From NCBI RefSeq assembly GCF_902713755.1, contig NZ_LR744089.1: 32,000 nt of DNA. One strand, given 5' to 3'. Of the stretch, positions 30,843 through 32,000 are shown in pieces. The notes beneath the pieces are model-generated. The model saw nothing but the letters and a program-made list of their open reading frames with translations. It was not told the DNA's origin and did not search any database. The DNA is from Candidatus Saccharimonadota bacterium. Lineage in GTDB: Bacteria; Pseudomonadota; Gammaproteobacteria; Johnevansiales; Johnevansiaceae. The first letter of the stretch is position 1, and every line of letters begins with the position of its first letter. A program made the translations under genes and the position numbers.

Positions 30843-31649
30843 TTATAACTTCCTTATATTTTTACGTGTTTTATAACCTTTAGTCGGTTTTCCCCAAGGT
30901 GTTACTGGATGTCTTCCTCCACTTGTACGACCTTCCCCACCCCCATGTGGATGATCTACAGGATTCATTGCAACTCCTCTAACTGTTGGACGTATACCTT
31001 TCCATCTTTTTACCCCTGCTTTCCCTAATTTACAAAGATTATATTTTGAATTACTTACTTCACCTATGGTTGCACGACAATCTGAATTAATTTTACGTAT
31101 CTCCCCTGACCGCAAACGTATACTAACATACCTTCCATCTATATCTATAGAACTTACTTGTGCATAATTTCCTGCACTACGAACTAATTGAGCACCTTTG
31201 CCTGGTTTTATTTCTACACAATTAATTTTTGTTCCTAAATGAATATGTTTCAATGGTAATGTATTTCCATTTTTTATCGCTACATTCTTTCCTGATTCTA
31301 TTTTATCCCCTATTTTCATTCCTTTTGTTGAAATAATATAACTTCTTTCTCCATCTTTATATTTTATTAATGCTATCCTTGCATTTCTATTAGGATCATA
31401 TTCTATTCTTTCAATTAAAGCTGTTATATTATCTTTCTTTCTTTTAAAATCTATTTTTCTATAATATTGTTTATGCCCACCTCCAATATGACGTACAGTA
31501 ATTCTACCTTTATTATTTCGTCCACCATGTTTTTTTTTTACTTCTATCAACTGCCTTTTTGGCCTACCTTTATATATTTTTCTTTTTTTTAATTTTATAG
31601 CATGCCTAATTCCAGCCGATGTAGGTTTTACTTTAACTAATAACGACAT
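30843..31649 (-). CDS. rplB: 50S ribosomal protein L2
   Basis: 268 aa, ...[29 protein letters not shown]...[26 protein letters not shown]. Confidence 0.97.
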   Translation of the reverse strand: MSLLVKVKPTSAGIRHAIKLKKRKIYKGRPKRQLIEVKKKHGGRNNKGRITVRHIGGGHKQYYRKIDFKRKKDNITALIERIEYDPNRNARIALIKYKDGERSYIISTKGMKIGDKIESGKNVAIKNGNTLPLKHIHLGTKINCVEIKPGKGAQLVRSAGNYAQVSSIDIDGRYVSIRLRSGEIRKINSDCRATIGEVSNSKYNLCKLGKAGVKRWKGIRPTVRGVAMNPVDHPHGGGEGRTSGGRHPVTPWGKPTKGYKTRKNIRKL

Positions 31650-31656
31650 TTTTTAC

Positions 31657-31935
31657 TCACCCATTTAAATTTAATTCTTCTATACTTTCACCTTTCAATA
31701 ATTTTACATATGCCTTTTTATACCTACCTCTTTTCTTTTTTTTTGGTATATTAACTACTCTAACTGCATCTACTTTTTTTCCAAATAATAACTTAACAGC
31801 TTTTTTTATTTCTTTTTTTATAGCCTTTTTAGATACTTTAAATACATAGTTACCTTTGGATACTTTTAATAAAGCTTTTTCACTCATATGTGGTCCTAAT
31901 AAAACTTTTAATAATTTTTCTTTATATCTCATCAT
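31657..31935 (-). CDS. rplW: 50S ribosomal protein L23
   Basis: 92 aa, ...LLGPHMSEKA......YVFKVSKKAIKKEIKKAVKLLFGKKVDAVRVVN. Its position between rplD and rplB is conserved. Confidence 0.92.
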   Translation of the reverse strand: MMRYKEKLLKVLLGPHMSEKALLKVSKGNYVFKVSKKAIKKEIKKAVKLLFGKKVDAVRVVNIPKKKKRGRYKKAYVKLLKGESIEELNLNG

Positions 31936-32000
31936 TATATCTTTAATTTTTCCTCTAATTTCCGTAAAGCTGATAATGTTATTAATACTTTATCTGTTTT
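31935..32000 (-). CDS. rplD: 50S ribosomal protein L4, 3' end only (gene continues beyond the right window edge)
   Basis: Hand translation of the in-frame minus strand gives ...KTDKVLITLSALRKLEEKLKI*. This resembles the L4 C-terminus (E. coli ...FDKVVMTADAVKQVEEMLA). The stop TAA overlaps the rplW ATG (TAATG). Confidence 0.7.
   Translation of the reverse strand, partial: KTDKVLITLSALRKLEEKLKI

Overview
The window is visibly AT-rich (roughly a quarter G+C by eye, not computed) and extremely compact. It looks like the core of a reduced gammaproteobacterial insect-endosymbiont genome.

Organism guess: the 16S signatures look Oceanospirillales/Halomonadaceae-like. The gene content, the standard genetic code and the tandem-repeat habit remind me of a 'Candidatus Portiera'-type symbiont. 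That identification is an inference I cannot verify without a database search.

Content, almost all on the minus strand:
- the 5' ~1.04 kb of a 16S rRNA gene with a consensus-looking promoter
- trpS, rpmB-rpmG and rpoH, with rsmD divergent on the plus strand
- prfB-lysS, with prfB retaining a programmed +1 frameshift
- amino-acid biosynthesis genes hom-thrC and ilvI-ilvH-ilvC
- rpsP, rplS, marC (plus strand), rluD, a decayed lspA, ileS and rpsT
- rplU-rpmA-obgE and ssb
- the contiguous S10 (3' part), spc and alpha ribosomal-protein operons, from a partial rplD through rplQ

Three small ribosomal-protein genes missing from the ORF track were found by hand: rpmG, rpmJ and rpmD. Intergenic spacers are mostly 0-30 bp and there are many ATGA/TAATG overlaps.

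I see no mobile elements, CRISPR arrays, defence or toxin-antitoxin genes, tRNAs or secondary-metabolite genes. I do not see an undescribed multi-gene system in this window.

What stands out is structural and mutational:
1. Perfect in-frame minisatellites sit inside the essential genes secY, ssb and rpsD. Arrays at gene ends have unit lengths that are not multiples of 3 and donate stop codons or a Shine-Dalgarno sequence (SD, ribosome-binding site).
2. A 27-bp exact copy of the rpsN 5' end forms the start of rplE.
3. lspA is split, with an internal deletion marked by a 20-bp ectopic direct repeat.
4. The prfB frameshift site is the non-canonical UUU UGA U.
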